64,000 nucleotides of DNA from Eledone cirrhosa (GCA_964016885.1 OZ024740.1:417074001-417138000); one strand, 5' to 3'. Positions 1-12,120 are shown, numbered from the stretch's first letter. Translations and numbers: made by a program. Notes: generated from the sequence alone by a model not told the origin.

Positions 1-710
1 CCCCAGTATGGCCAGAGTCAGTACTGGAATTTAATATAATCAACAACTAACTCCTTCAAAGCAATGCCCCAGTATGGCCAGAATCAGTACTGGAATTTAA
101 TATAATCAACAACTAACTCCCTTCAAAGCAGTGCCCCAATATGGCCAGAGTCAGTACTGGAATTTAATATTATCAACAACTAACTCCCTTCAAAGCAGTG
201 CCCCAGTATGGCCAGAATCAGTACTGGAATATAATATTATCAACAACTAACTCCTTCAAAGCAATGCCCCAGTATGGCCAGAATCAGTACTGGAATATAA
301 TATTATCAACAACTAACTCCTTCAAAGCAATGCCCCAGTATGGCCAGAATCAGTACTGGAATATAATATTATCAACAACTAATTCCCTCAAAGCAATGCC
401 CCAGTATGGCCAGAATCAGTACTGGAATTTAATATTATCAACAACTAACTCCTTCAAAGCAATGCCCCAGTATGGCCAGAATCAGTACTGGAATATAATA
501 TTATCAACAACTAATTCCCTCAAAGCAATGCCCCAGTATGGCCAGAATCAGTACTGGAATATAATATTATCAACAACTAACTCCTTCAAAGCAATGCCCC
601 AGTATGGCCAGAATCAGTACTGGAATATAATATTATCAACAACTAACTCCTTCAAAGCAGTGCCCCAGTGTGGCCACAGTATAATGACTCAAACTAGTAA
701 AAGAATACAA
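1..710 (+). repeat. 66-bp minisatellite (~10 copies, runs off window start), derived from a SINE-like 3' region
   Basis: Unit CCCCAGTATGGCCAGAATCAGTACTGGAATATAATATTATCAACAACTAACTCCTTCAAAGCAATG; last unit runs into a SINE-like tail (..GGCCACAGTATAATGACTCAAACTAGTAAAAGAATA). ORF 198..737 is the repeat read-through. Confidence 0.9.
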
Positions 711-876
711 CATATTCCCCCAAAGCATGTTATCTAAAGCTACTGGATGTATATAAGTGTGTGACAACATAGATAAACTACTCATTCTCTCTTATATATA
801 TACACATATATATATGAGGTCCGAGCACAAAAGAACCAAACTTCCATTGTCACTGCCTCTGTCTCTCCTACTCTCC

Positions 877-1165
877 TCATCTCTCACTATTGTGAGCAAA
901 TGGGGGCCCACACGTTAGCCGCCTTGCAGCCCTGGTGGACAGAATAGAGAAGGTGTTTCCCCGGATGATGGTGAAGGAGATGCTCTGGAAAAGCCATTCC
1001 AGCTCGCGAGGCTCACACCTGTGGGAAGCCAACTCTGTGCCAATGGTGGTGAGCAGGGAGGTGGCCCTAGGGTCAAGGACACCAGAAGTCTTCACCGCCA
1101 TAAGCTCAACCACAAACTTGTCGGAGAGCAACCAATATTTGAAGAGTTTACCCTCCTTGATCCAA
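877..1165 (-). mobile_element. 3' fragment of CRE-like non-LTR retrotransposon (restriction-like endonuclease C-terminus)
   Basis: Translation AVKTSGVLDPRATSLLTTIGTELASHRCEPRELEWLFQSISFTIIRGNTFSIL fits the RLE C-terminal pattern (VETxGxxGP...LFQRxSxAIxRGN); homologous to 11.9 kb and 18.2 kb copies. Confidence 0.75.
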
Positions 1166-1359
1166 AGTACAGCAGAGCCTGGGTTAGTCACAGACTGCAC
1201 CAGGATAGAGGACTTCCAGCAAAAACTATTTTGAAAATAATGAACACAATTTTACATCTAAATCCAACCATGGCTTTAAAACAATGGAATGTCTTCTTTC
1301 TAATAAATCTTTTGCTAACTTTCAGCAAAGCCTCTTCTACTTGATAAGGAACATTACTT

Positions 1360-1806
1360 TACCCTTTAGTTGCCAACCTGGCCAAAACTGGCTCTGGTTC
1401 TATAAAATAAAACCACCAATTTAAATTAAAATCTTCCAACATAATTTTATATAAGAACCTTACATTAAGTTACTGTCTTAGTAATAAAACAATTAATGAT
1501 TTTAGTAAATTCCTCAAAATTTTTCATTAATTAATTAAAATAGAGGCGGTGGATTGGCAGTATCGGTAGAGAGTCGGATGCCATGCTTTGATGCTGAGGT
1601 TAATTTTGCCTTTCATCCTTACAGGATCGATAAAATAAAATACCAGTAATGTACTGGGTAATTGCTTGCCTTGTGCCAAAAGTAGAAACAATTAAGTTAC
1701 TATTTTAGTAATAAAACAATTAATGATTTTAGTAAATTCCTCAAAATTCTTCATTAATTAATTAAAATAGAGAATATTTCATTATATATGTGGTGATGAA
1801 AGGTTC
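1360..1806. mobile_element. MITE-like element (CCCTTT-type ends), interrupted by a SINE
   Basis: Starts TACCCTTTAG, ends approximately GAAAGGTT; 1361-1540 recurs inverted at 5758-5952. Confidence 0.55.
1544..1693 (+). mobile_element. tRNA-derived SINE family A (internally deleted)
   Basis: Head GGCGGTGGATTGGCAGTATCGGTAG, core TTTGCCTTTCATCCTTACAGGATCGATAAAAT, tail CCTTGTGCCAAAAGTAGAAACAATT shared with many copies in the window. Confidence 0.85.
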
Positions 1807-1944
1807 AATGTAGAATGTTTGTACACAAGATATACAGTGGGATCACAGGCAGGCTTACAGAAAAGGTATGACAGAAACACGGGGACAGTTGGTAGTAAGA
1901 ACACCAGTGAAATAAACTCTTTCCAAGCTTTGATGGTTCCTTAA

Positions 1945-2164
1945 CCCTTTAGCATTTAAACCGGCCATATCCGGCCAGAATTCTTTCACCTCTTTCTGTT
2001 CAAACCAGCTGTAACTGACCACTCATATTTATGTTAAGGTATGGTTCTCAAAATAAATAATATCAAAATCTCATAGATTCGATATTATGTGAGATATTAT
2101 GAGAAGTAAAGCCTTTAATGTGGAAATACAACAGTAAATATAGAGTAATGTAAATGGTAAAGGG
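1945..2164. mobile_element. piggyBac-like MITE
   Basis: TTAA|CCCTTTAGCATTTA ... TAAATGGTAAAGGG|TTAG: 14-bp TIR with 1 mismatch and TTAA-like flanks. Confidence 0.7.
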
Positions 2165-2209
2165 TTAGAAGTGGTTGGGTACGTTCTTGTACCTAGATTA
2201 TGTAATTAG

Positions 2210-2523
2210 CAGCAGAGAATGTTTGGAAAGCAAAGTAGCCAGAATAAAAAAGGGTAGAACAAATTTAGGGAGCTACTATCTATGTTGGCAACAAAGAGAT
2301 TTTCTCTCCAAGTGAAAGGTAGATTATATGATGCAAGTATGAAATGTGTGATGTTGCATAACAAGTGGGACATTGTATATGTAATGTTGGTGCAGATAAA
2401 CAATGTAGCATGAATGAACTGAGAGAAAAACTGGACATAAAAAGAATCAAATGCAATGTGCAAGAATGATGATTGTGCAGGAATGTGATGCACAAGGATG
2501 ATGATTGCTGGGTGAAGAAGTTC
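2210..2523 (+). mobile_element. Degenerate RTE-clade LINE fragment
   Basis: Broken translation FSLQVKGRLYDA...NELREKLDIK...HKDDDCWVKK resembles the RTE post-RT region; many stops. Confidence 0.55.
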
Positions 2524-2763
2524 TAGTGTGTGTGACAGCTCACACCTATGTGTGTGTGTGACAGCTCACACCTATGTGTGGGTGTGACAGCTCACACCTA
2601 TGCAGGTTTAGCTGGCCTCCTCCAAAGTATATCTCGTTGGCAGTGTCTTGGGGGATTTAATGATAGGGACTCACAGTCCTATCATCTCATTTCTACAGCT
2701 GAGTAAACTGGAGCAATGTGAAATAAAGTGTCTTGCTCAAGGAAACAACACATCACCCGGTCA
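2524..2763 (-). mobile_element. tRNA-derived SINE family B, 5' truncated, with triplicated tail end
   Basis: Reverse complement of the 17503-17755 copy (CCTTGAGCAAGACACTTTATTTCAC core); GTGACAGCTCACACCTATG occurs three times. Confidence 0.8.
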
Positions 2764-3044
2764 TGTGTGTGTATGTGTGTATGTGCATGTGTGTGTATGT
2801 GTGTATGTGCATGTGTGTGTATGCACTACCACAAAAAGATACCACTTACTTGTTTTGGTCTTTTATTTCTTTATTTGTCTCTTTTTCTTCTTTCCTATTA
2901 TTATTTTTATTATTATTACTTCATCATAATTCTTTCTTTCCTTCTCTCTTTGCCTCAGTTGACCTCTCCTGTCCAAATACTTGCTCCTACAGCTGCATAC
3001 TACTGTCTTGTTAGTTCTACTAGTTATATATATTCACACATGCA

Positions 3045-3720
3045 CAGAGAGATAGAGGTAGGGAGGGATAGAGGGAGAGAAGAAATAGAGAGAGCAGGAG
3101 TGAGGGAGATGGAGATAGAGGGAGGGAGAGGGAGATGGAGAGAGAGGACAACAAAAATAGAATAGGAATATGAGAGAGGGAGAGAGAGGGAGAGGGGTGA
3201 GGGAGAGAGAGAGGACAACAAAAATAAAGAGAGTATGAATATGTGTGAGAGGGAGAGAGAGAGCGGAGAGGGAAGGGGAGAGGGAGTGAGAGGGGAGGGG
3301 GTGAAAGAGAGGGGGGAGAAGAGGGCAATGGAAAACTACATCTTGGTGATCTTGTTTCAACTAAAGATATAATTTACTTTGAACACCAGAAAGAGAGGGA
3401 GAGAGAGAGAGAGATAAAGAAGTAGAGATAATGAGAAAGAGAGAGAATGCAGAAGAGATGGAGAGAGAATAAAGGGGGAAAGAGAGAGAGAGAATGGAGT
3501 GAGAGAGATAGAGAGAGAGAATGAAGGGGAGATAAAGTGAGAGAGAGAGAATGGAGAGAGGGAGAGAGAGTGAAGAGAGAGAGAATGAAGGGGAGATGGA
3601 GAGAGAAACAGAGATTAATGGAGTGAGAGAGATAGACAGAGAGAGAGAGAAAGAGGGAGAGGGAGTGAGAGAGAGAGAATGGAGAGAGAAACAGAAATTA
3701 ATGGAGATGGGAATTAAAGG
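3045..3720. repeat. Degenerate (GA)n purine-rich low-complexity tract
   Basis: Imperfect GAGA/GGA repeats. Confidence 0.85.
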
Positions 3721-3964
3721 AGTAAGTGATCCTGCTACATTTTTGTTATTCTCTTCAAGAGAACTGTCTGAAAAATTTAAACAGAATGTTCTAGTTTGGA
3801 ACCGCTGTCAAAAAGGGGAGCTTCATAAAATGTAGAACACAGAATCTTTGAATTCTTTATTAGAGAGGAGTCTGCTCCTATGATATATGTAAATATATTT
3901 TTCCTTAAGGCTCAACTTTCTTTTACTGACCTATTTCTTTGTTTCAGTATACAAACTATATAGA

Positions 3965-3987
3965 AGTGTGTGTGTGTGTTTGTGTGA

Positions 3988-4020
<33 letters not shown>

Positions 4021-4068
4021 AGTATATATGTGTGTGTGTGTGTGTGTGAGTATATGTGTGTGTCTGAG

Positions 4069-4104
<36 letters not shown>

Positions 4105-4148
4105 AGTATATATGTGTGTGTGTGAGTATATATATGTGTGTATGTGTA

Positions 4149-4179
<31 letters not shown>

Positions 4180-4374
4180 ATATAATCATGCAACGTCTAT
4201 TTTTTTTTTTCCATGCTTGCATTAGTTAGATGGGTTGTCATGTTATGAGACAAGTCTGGCCCGGAGACCAACTGTGATCATACAAATTGATATGTATGAT
4301 TATATATGTTTATATATATAGCATATATGCATATATACATGCATACACATGTATGCATATATATATCTATACAT

Positions 4375-4408
<34 letters not shown>

Positions 4409-4552
4409 GCATATATATCTATGCATACACACACACACACATATGCATATATATATCTATACACACACACACACACATATATATGCATATATATCTATGC
4501 ATACACACACACATATATGCATATATATATATATATACATATACACACACAT
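3965..4552. repeat. Compound (TG)n/(TA)n/(CA)n microsatellites
   Basis: Directly visible dinucleotide tracts. Confidence 0.9.
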
Positions 4553-4787
4553 ATCATCATCATCATGTAATGTCTATCTTCCACGCTAGCATGGGTTAGA
4601 CGGGAGTTGTCCCACTTTAGGCAAGGTTGGTCGGGTCACTGTGTCTCGCTCATATAGGACTGTCTGGCAGGTTTTCTACGGCTGGATGCCCTTCCTAACA
4701 CCAACCACATTTACAATGTTACCTACACGGCCACATTACAGCATGGACTGCGTGTGTTTTTTGTCATAACACCTACACGATCTCATA

Positions 4788-4843
<56 letters not shown>

Positions 4844-4870
4844 TACATACATACATATATATATATATGA

Positions 4871-5219
4871 TGGAGGCACATGGCTTAGTGGTTAGAGCAT
4901 TGGCCTTGCAATCGAAAGGTTGTGAGTTCAATTCTCAGACTGGGTGATGTGTTGTTTCCTTGAGCAAGACACTTTATTTTACATTGTTCCAGTTTACTCA
5001 GCTGTAGAAATGAGGTGATAGGGACTGGGGTCCATATCATTCCACTGCAAAGTGGTTGTGGAGGTGCCACGGCAAAAAAGTACCCAGCACTCATTGTAAA
5101 TGAGGTTGGTGTTAGGAAGGGCACCCAGCTGTAGAAATCAAGCCAGAATCAGTTCCCGTCACACCCTTGCAAGCAGGGAAAAAGCGGACGTAAAATGAAA
5201 TGATGATGATGATGATGAT
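4871..5219 (+). mobile_element. SINE family B head joined to a tail ending in (TGA)n
   Basis: A box TGGCTTAGTGG, B box GAGTTCAATTC, core CCTTGAGCAAGACACTT, tail GTTGGTGTTAGGAAGGGCACCCAGCTGTAGAAA...GGACGTAAAATGAAATGATGATG; related tails on the minus strand at 4553-4720 and 6517-6790. Confidence 0.8.
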
Positions 5220-5245
5220 ATATACACACACATATATATGCACAC

Positions 5246-5276
<31 letters not shown>

Positions 5277-5568
5277 TATATATATGCACATATATACACA
5301 TACACACACCTACACACTTGGATGTACATATGTATATATGCATTGAAAAGAAAATAGTCATAATAGATATATAGGAATCCTCAAACTTATCCCTATGATC
5401 CCGTTTAACACAATAAAAGGGGTGGGCGGTTGTCAGAAATGATTACTCACCCTAGTATTGAATGTTTAAAAACTTTAATTTTTTAATTTGTGATACTGAA
5501 TTCAAATTTCAACCAGAACAGACATTATCTTTCTACCTGTCAAGACTGATAATATAGTACCAGTAATA

Positions 5569-5757
5569 TAATTGTTTCTACTTTTGGCACAAGGCCAGCA
5601 ATTTCCCAGTACATTACTGGTACTTTATTTTATCGACTCCGTAAGGATGAAAGGCAAAGTTAACCTCGTCGGGATTTGAACTCAGACCGTAATAGGACGT
5701 AACTATGCTAGAAAGCATGGCGTCCAACCCTCTACCGATACTGCCAAATTGCCGCCC
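5569..5757 (-). mobile_element. SINE family A, full length
   Basis: A box, B box (GAGTTCAAATCC), core and tail all present on the minus strand. Confidence 0.9.
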
Positions 5758-6092
5758 TTTTAATTAATTAATGAAGAAATTTTAGGGATTTACTAAAATT
5801 ATTAATTATTTCATTAAGACAGTAACTTAATGTAAGGTTTTTATATAAAATTATGTTGGAAAATTTTAATCTAAATTGGAAACCTTTAAAATGGGTGGTT
5901 TTATTTCATAGAACCAGAACTGGTTTTGGCCAGGTTGGTAACTAAAGGATTAGGACCATGCAATGTAAGTGGAGCTTATTTATATATATAAGACAACTTG
6001 GTAAAAGCAACAGATTTTTCAATCTTATTAGAGTTCCTCAATGAAGCATATTCACTAAGATTTTTTGGTTATATATATATATAGGATCTGAA

Positions 6093-6130
<38 letters not shown>

Positions 6131-6516
6131 GAAAATGATAAATATGATGCCATGGGAGCATGATAAAAGTAGTGGGATTTATGAGGGGGGAGGGGATATG
6201 AGGGAGAAAAGGAATGAGAAATAATCCCAGTTTATTGAATTCAAAATATTATAAAACACTCAATTGTTGTCGTTGCTTGTGATCTCAAATTAAAGAAGGA
6301 ACTTCTACATGGTTTCTCAGCCTGCTAGAAGTAGTAGTTAAATCTCCCTCAAATTGTATTCCTGCTGAGTGGAGAGATGCTGTGTTGAATGTCTTAGAAA
6401 AGAATCCATTGGATAATACCGTCATAGGTATTCTGCATACAGGATGGTCACAATTGGAAGGCTTTGGTCATAGATCAGCAAAATCAAAGCTGACTTGACA
6501 CTAAATGTTTGGAGTA

Positions 6517-6950
6517 TCATCATCATCATCATCATCATTGTAACGTCTACTTTCCCTGCTAGCAAAAGTTGGACCTAGTCAGTACTGAAGCGGTGGCTAC
6601 TGATCCCACAGACAAACCAGGGATCTGTTATTTCACTTATGTACTATCTCACATTCTACCGAGTGTATAGGAGAGGTGGTCATGTTTTTGACACAACTGG
6701 GGGTCCTCCCAACTCTTTGTTTGGCAAGATTTCTATGGCTGGGGGCCCTTCTTATCACCAACCACTTTACAACATGTACTGGGTATGTTTATGGCACCAG
6801 TGACGTCGCAATTCATTTCTGCAGCTGAGCAATCTGGAACAACATATGATAAATTGTCTTGCTCAAGGGCACAACCCATCATCTGGTTGAGGAATCAAAC
6901 TCACAACCTCACAATTGCAAACCCAATACTCTAACCAGTAAGCCATGTGC
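6517..6950 (-). mobile_element. SINE family B composite copy (diverged)
   Basis: Head at 6800-6950 on the minus strand; (TGA)n-ended tail at 6517-6790. Confidence 0.65.
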
Positions 6951-6981
6951 ACCCAATTTTCTATATACATACTGTGAAACA

Positions 6982-7332
6982 TCATCATCATCAGGTTGAG
7001 CTTGCTCGGCTTTCTACGACACGTTTCCTCCATCCATCTCTGTCTCTCATAGCATTTGCCAGTTCTTCCGCAGCGCATCCGGTATCGTCCTCAAGTTGCT
7101 TGACGTATGTCTTCTTGGGACAACCAGTGTTTCTTGCTCCATGAGATGGACGTTGAAACTGGAGAAAAAGCTAGACGGGGCATACACACATATGCTCCGT
7201 GCTGCTTTAAACGTGTCTTGGAGGGAACACCCAACAAATAAGGATCTCTATGGCAATATACCACCTATCAGCAGGTCAATACGTGGACAGAAACTCAGAT
7301 TTGCTGGCCACTGTTGGCGCAGCAAGGAAGAA
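6982..7332 (-). mobile_element. RTE-clade LINE insertion with inverted 5' segment and 11-bp TSD
   Basis: Minus 7142-6990 encodes GARNTGCPKKTYVKQLEDDTG...MRDRDGWRKRV plus a (TGA)n tail; plus 7143-7332 encodes the upstream part LDGAYTHMLRAALNVSW...LRFAGHCWR; ACTGTGAAACA at 6971-6981 and 7333-7343. Confidence 0.85.
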
Positions 7333-8069
7333 ACTGTGAAACAAAAAAAATCTATTTCTTCTTGACTCAAACCAATTGCTGTTCACAGCTACCATATATA
7401 GCTAACAACCATTGCTATTAATTAAAATAATGAGTATTGTATAATTAACAAGTATAAGGATTTTCTGGTAGTGCAGACTTCTTCAAGTTTTCCTCAAGTC
7501 TATGAGGCATGATGAGGAGGAGGATTTGGGGATGAATGGATAAGAAAACCTGTCAAAGACAAAGGAACTCAGAAAAGCCCAAAACTATCCAGTACTCTAA
7601 AGTCTGTCTCAAGCCTAAAGATTTATCAGGCTGGTGTTTATTTCCGTTTCTGTGGCTGAGAATACAAGACTCTGTTCAAGTGGCCAATAGTTTCATCCTT
7701 GTGATGAAAGCAGATGAGCTGTAGCTCAGCAACCAGCGCTCAAGTAATGCTTGAATGAGGATTTGGGACCCACTGATGTCACTTATGGACATACAGCATC
7801 ATATAGATTAGCATTGGTGCAACTATCCATGGTCCTTGACCCTCAACAACATTGACAAGAAAAGACTGGAGCAGACCAGACCCCTCCACACACATCTCCC
7901 TAATGCCTTCCCAGACTAACACACCGAGCACCCTGGTGTTGTAATGAGGTAGTCTTGATACCACAGTAAAAAGCACCCAATTAACCCTGTAAGGTTCCAG
8001 GATTACAAGGACTCTGTACTGTAGGGCAGTAGTACCTGTGACATGACATAAAGCACTCAGTCAACAATA

Positions 8070-8147
8070 GAAGAAGAAGAAGAAGAAGAAGAAGAAGAAG
8101 AAGAAGAAGAAGAAGAAGAAGAAGAAGAAGAAGAAGAAGAAGAAGAA
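8070..8147. repeat. (GAA)n microsatellite
   Basis: Perfect run of about 26 units. Confidence 0.97.
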
Positions 8148-8551
8148 CCTTTATAGACTAATATTTGTTGACATAGACCATCAACAGTTTCTCAGGAATC
8201 ACACAGTCTTACCATTCCATTATCCTTTACATATTTGCAGTTTTGTGTCAATATGAGAAATTCATATAAATTTACTAATTTAAGACATTATGGTAGAAAG
8301 AGCAGAGAGTGCCAGGTTTTGGCAATATTTAGTTACATTAAATCTTCAAATCTGGTGTTCAGTTCCTTTCTGTCTTTTCCATTAAGTTCTCAATAATATT
8401 TTGTTAAAGGGTGGAAGATGGTAGAACTAATAAAAGTACATTACAATATTGAATTACATTCCTACATATTATGATTTAATTCCTGTTGCAGTCAACTAGA
8501 TCTTATATAAAACAAGCTGTGCTAGGGTCACTAAAATATACATATCGTTCA

Positions 8552-8895
8552 TATTACTAGATTAGATTCAACCAATCATATGTCTTTCTACAAAGACCAG
8601 CTATAATGTAAGATTTGATTCAACCAGTCATGTCTTTCCAGCAAAGACTAGTCATATTTCTAGATTTGACTCAACCAGTCTTATATCTTTCTAACAAAGA
8701 CCAGTCATATTGATAGATTTGATTCCAGTAAAGACCAGTCATATTACTAGAGTTGATTCAACTAGCCAAATATGCCTTTCCAACAAAAACCAGTCATATT
8801 CTAGAATTTGATTCAACCAGCCATGTCTTTCCAACAAAAACTAGTCGTAATTCAAGATTCGATTCAACCACTCATATGTATTTCCAACAAAGATT
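8552..8895. repeat. Degenerate ~50-bp tandem repeat
   Basis: About 7 copies of TAGATTTGATTCAACCAGTCATATGTCTTTCCAACAAAGACCAGTCATAT. Confidence 0.8.
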
Positions 8896-9589
8896 TGTCT
8901 CTAAATACCTCTTCTTAAAGATGGTAGATTGACAGAATTGTAAAAGCCTCAAATTAAATGCTTAAAGCATTTAGCTGAAATTTCTGTGACCAAATCCTGC
9001 CCAGTTCTATTGTACCTTTCATTTTCTTCCTTGAAAAGTGGGACTCAAGGACTTTAAAGTCTGAAAGGTGAAGTTTTCCCAACAAATAATTGATAGTCTG
9101 AATTTATATTGATTTTGATATATGTACTAAGGCACTGGTGGTAATATCAAATATAATTTAGTACAATTTAGCAGTTGGGTTAAGGTTTAAGATTTAGGGT
9201 TATGATTTTAAAGTTAGAGAATGGGGTTATGGGTTAGCATTTAGAGTTAACATTGGATTTAGAGATAGGGTTAGGTGTTAAAGAACGAGATGGTCACATG
9301 TAGAACGCTGTAAATGTGTTGCAATCTCTTTATACCTGGGCATGTTCAAAAACAAAAAAGAAGTGGTCTGCCTAGAATTTGTTTTGAACATTTTCTATTT
9401 CAGACTGTAAAGTGTAGAAGACCCAGTGGCACACATGGTCCCGTAACTCTTGGGGGAGTCGTAAGGGTGCCATATTGACATTTTTAAAACTGGCAAAGCC
9501 CTTCTCCTCTCCAGGTCTGAATACAGCAGATTTCTTCCAGAGAAGGATAGCGAATGGAAGTGAGAAAGAGATATGAAGGAAGAATCGAC

Positions 9590-9742
9590 GCCAGTACTTC
9601 AGTGGTACATGTTTTATCGACCTCGAATGGATGAAAGTCGAAGTTGACCTCGGTGGTATTTGAACTGAAGGAACAGAGAGCCGGACTGAATACCACAAAC
9701 CATTCTATCTGACGTTCTAACAACTCTGTCAATTCACCACCT
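9590..9742 (-). mobile_element. Older diverged SINE A-related copy
   Basis: TTTTATCGACCTCGAATGGATGAAAG...GTTGACCTCGG..TTTGAACT matches the reverse complement of the core and B box. Confidence 0.65.
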
Positions 9743-10156
9743 TAGAAGATCTAATTACTAAGTTAATAAACCATCGTGGATTCTCCTTTAGTCTCAATGA
9801 TGATTATTCAGTCGTTCCATCAGTGGAATGTCTACTCTCTAAATTAACGTGTGAATGACTACTCTGTAACTGTAATGTAAACCTCAGGCCAGGCTTCGGA
9901 ATTAGTAGTACTAGAAAATGATATTAGATTTATCTACTCTGAAAGGGTGAAAGAAAAAACAATTAACCTCAGTGGGATTTGAACTCATGCCATAACGAAT
10001 TCTATCCGACATAAACGATTTTGAAAATTCGTCACCTTGGACAATAAACATCCTCAGTAAATGTAAATTATATCAAAATTGTAGTTGTAAGGGAAATAAC
10101 TCTTGCCTAGATTTAATATTTATTTTCAATGAGTTATTTATTTGTTCATTATTTTG

Positions 10157-10367
10157 GGGTAATTACTGGCCTTGTGCCAAAAAGTAAAAACAATTATTTT
10201 GCTAACATACGAAATACTTTCAGTTATTATAAAGGCTACAATTTATTATTGTTTCTACTTTTGGCACAAGGCCAGCAATTACAGTGTATTACTGGTACTT
10301 TATTTTATCGATCTCGTAAGGATGAAAGGCAAAGTTAACCTCGGTGGGATTTGAACTCAGATCGTAA
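10157..10367. mobile_element. Two SINE A pieces, tail-to-tail
   Basis: Plus-strand tail at 10157-10196; minus-strand 5'-truncated copy at 10247-10367. Confidence 0.8.
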
Positions 10368-10723
10368 TATATCTCCGTTAATGTTCGTAATTAAACTCAG
10401 ATCCGAACATTAACGGGGATATATGGAATCTACTTATATTTGATCCTGTTTGATGTTTAGATCCGGGTCAGCTCAGATCCAAATGTTCTAATCGATATTG
10501 CACCGTCATTTTCCTTCCCCAGAGCCAGTGTATCTAGAACTTTGTTATCTACTCTTGAGTCCCAAATGATAGGGGCAGGATGGAATAACCGCGGGTGGGG
10601 GAACTGGAACATTGATACTTTTTCTAGGTTGTCTCCGTTGATTTAAAAACAAACAGAATTAGTTGTTTAGTTTACACATTGAGATCCCAAACCAGCCTAT
10701 TTGTTTTATAAGGATTTCTAGTA

Positions 10724-10725
<2 letters not shown>

Positions 10726-10802
<77 letters not shown>

Positions 10803-10809
10803 TGTGTGT

Positions 10810-10867
<58 letters not shown>

Positions 10868-10880
10868 GTGCGTGTGTGCG
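10726..10880. repeat. (TG)n microsatellite
   Basis: Directly visible. Confidence 0.97.
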
Positions 10881-11174
10881 TTTTGTTTTTTTGTTGTCAT
10901 GTATGTTTTTTAACGTATAAAGAAAACTAAATGTCTCAGGAATGCTACCACTTAAAATAATATTTTGCCGGAGATAGATCAGCAAAATTTAATAAGCGGG
11001 CGATGGGGTGGAATAAGAGCGGGGTGTGGATTATTTGAGACCTGAGAGTAATGTCTCTTTTTGCTAATACGATATAAGGTGTGGCTTAGGGGAGATTTGG
11101 CTGCTAACAAGTCAAGCAGCCGTACAGAGATTCATACACTGATTGGCTTCATTTGGCTCTTGTTATTTTGGGTC

Positions 11175-11250
11175 GTTGTTCGTTGAGCCATTGTTGGTTG
11201 AGCCGTTGTTCGTTGAGCCATTGTTGGTTGAGCCGTTGTTGGTTGAGCCG
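11175..11250. repeat. 15-bp tandem repeat x5
   Basis: RTTGTTSGTTGAGCC repeated five times. Confidence 0.85.
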
Positions 11251-11389
11251 TTTAATGTCAGTCTAGTAACTGAGCGATCAACAGTTCGTCTTACACTGTC
11301 TCACGTGTAAAAAAGAAGCACTAGCAACTCGCATAACTTAAATAACAATAATTGTTTCTACTTTAGGCACAAGAGACAATAATGCATTC

Positions 11390-11703
11390 TTTTTCTTCTT
11401 CGCCCACTTATTCCTGAGAAGGTCGTGGAGGCAGAGTCCTCAAACACTCCTTCCAGTGGGTCCTGTCAGAAGCAGCTGTTTCCAATTGATGCGGCTGGAT
11501 CTCCAAGTGAGACCAGCTGAGCTTATAGATGTTATTCAATCATCTTGCTCGAAGTCTACCCCTGGGTGTACTGCCAGTTGGTTTTGCCCGTAACTCTGTC
11601 CAGCGATTCTTTCTTGGGACATTCTAACCACATGCCCATATTATCGGTGCTGTGATCTCTCATTTCGGAGAAGTAGCGGCTTTACCTGGAGTGACTCTCT
11701 GAT
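11390..11703 (-). mobile_element. RTE-clade LINE 3' end
   Basis: IRESLQVKPLLLR...YGHVVRMSQERIAG..PRGRLRAR..DRTHWK; (GAA) tail; same family as 37090-37610. Confidence 0.75.
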
Positions 11704-11879
11704 GCATCTTTATGTTGAATGAATTATAATAGTTTAGTGCTGGCCAGCTCTGATCAATGAGACCTATTCCAGTCGTGACCATCCCATGAACTACATTAAT
11801 ATTTTAAGGCAGTAAGGTATTATTTAGGATAGATTTCATCATATGGTGTTGGACAGATATAGATATATAAAAAGTATAA

Positions 11880-12120
11880 GATAAAATGACAAGTCAGTCA
11901 ATCATATTGATGGCCTCCCCACAGCCCCGGCGGACAGAATGAGGAAGGCAAGGGAGACGCGCTGGAAAAGCCATTCCAACTCGCGAGGCTCACACCTGCG
12001 GCTGGCCACTTCAGCACCTATGGTGGTGAGTAGGGAGGTAGCCTTAGGGCCGAGGACACCAGCAGTCTCCACTGTCAAGGGTACGACCGCAAACCTGTCG
12101 GAGAGTGACCGAGAAACACT
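11880..12120 (-). mobile_element. CRE-like retrotransposon 3' end
   Basis: Reverse-complement homolog of 18130-18385, including the 3' UTR ATATGATTGACTGACTTGTCATTTTATC. Confidence 0.75.

Noticed and set aside
198-737. 179-aa repeat protein
   Set aside because: 66-bp minisatellite; frame is broken in the upstream units.
9176-9278. Interstitial telomeric repeat
   Set aside because: Only scattered degenerate TTAGGG-like words, no real array.
9390-9470. Possible host exon (TTTCAG acceptor ... GTAAGG donor)
   Set aside because: Short, no recognisable protein and no partner exons; cannot be supported without transcript data.
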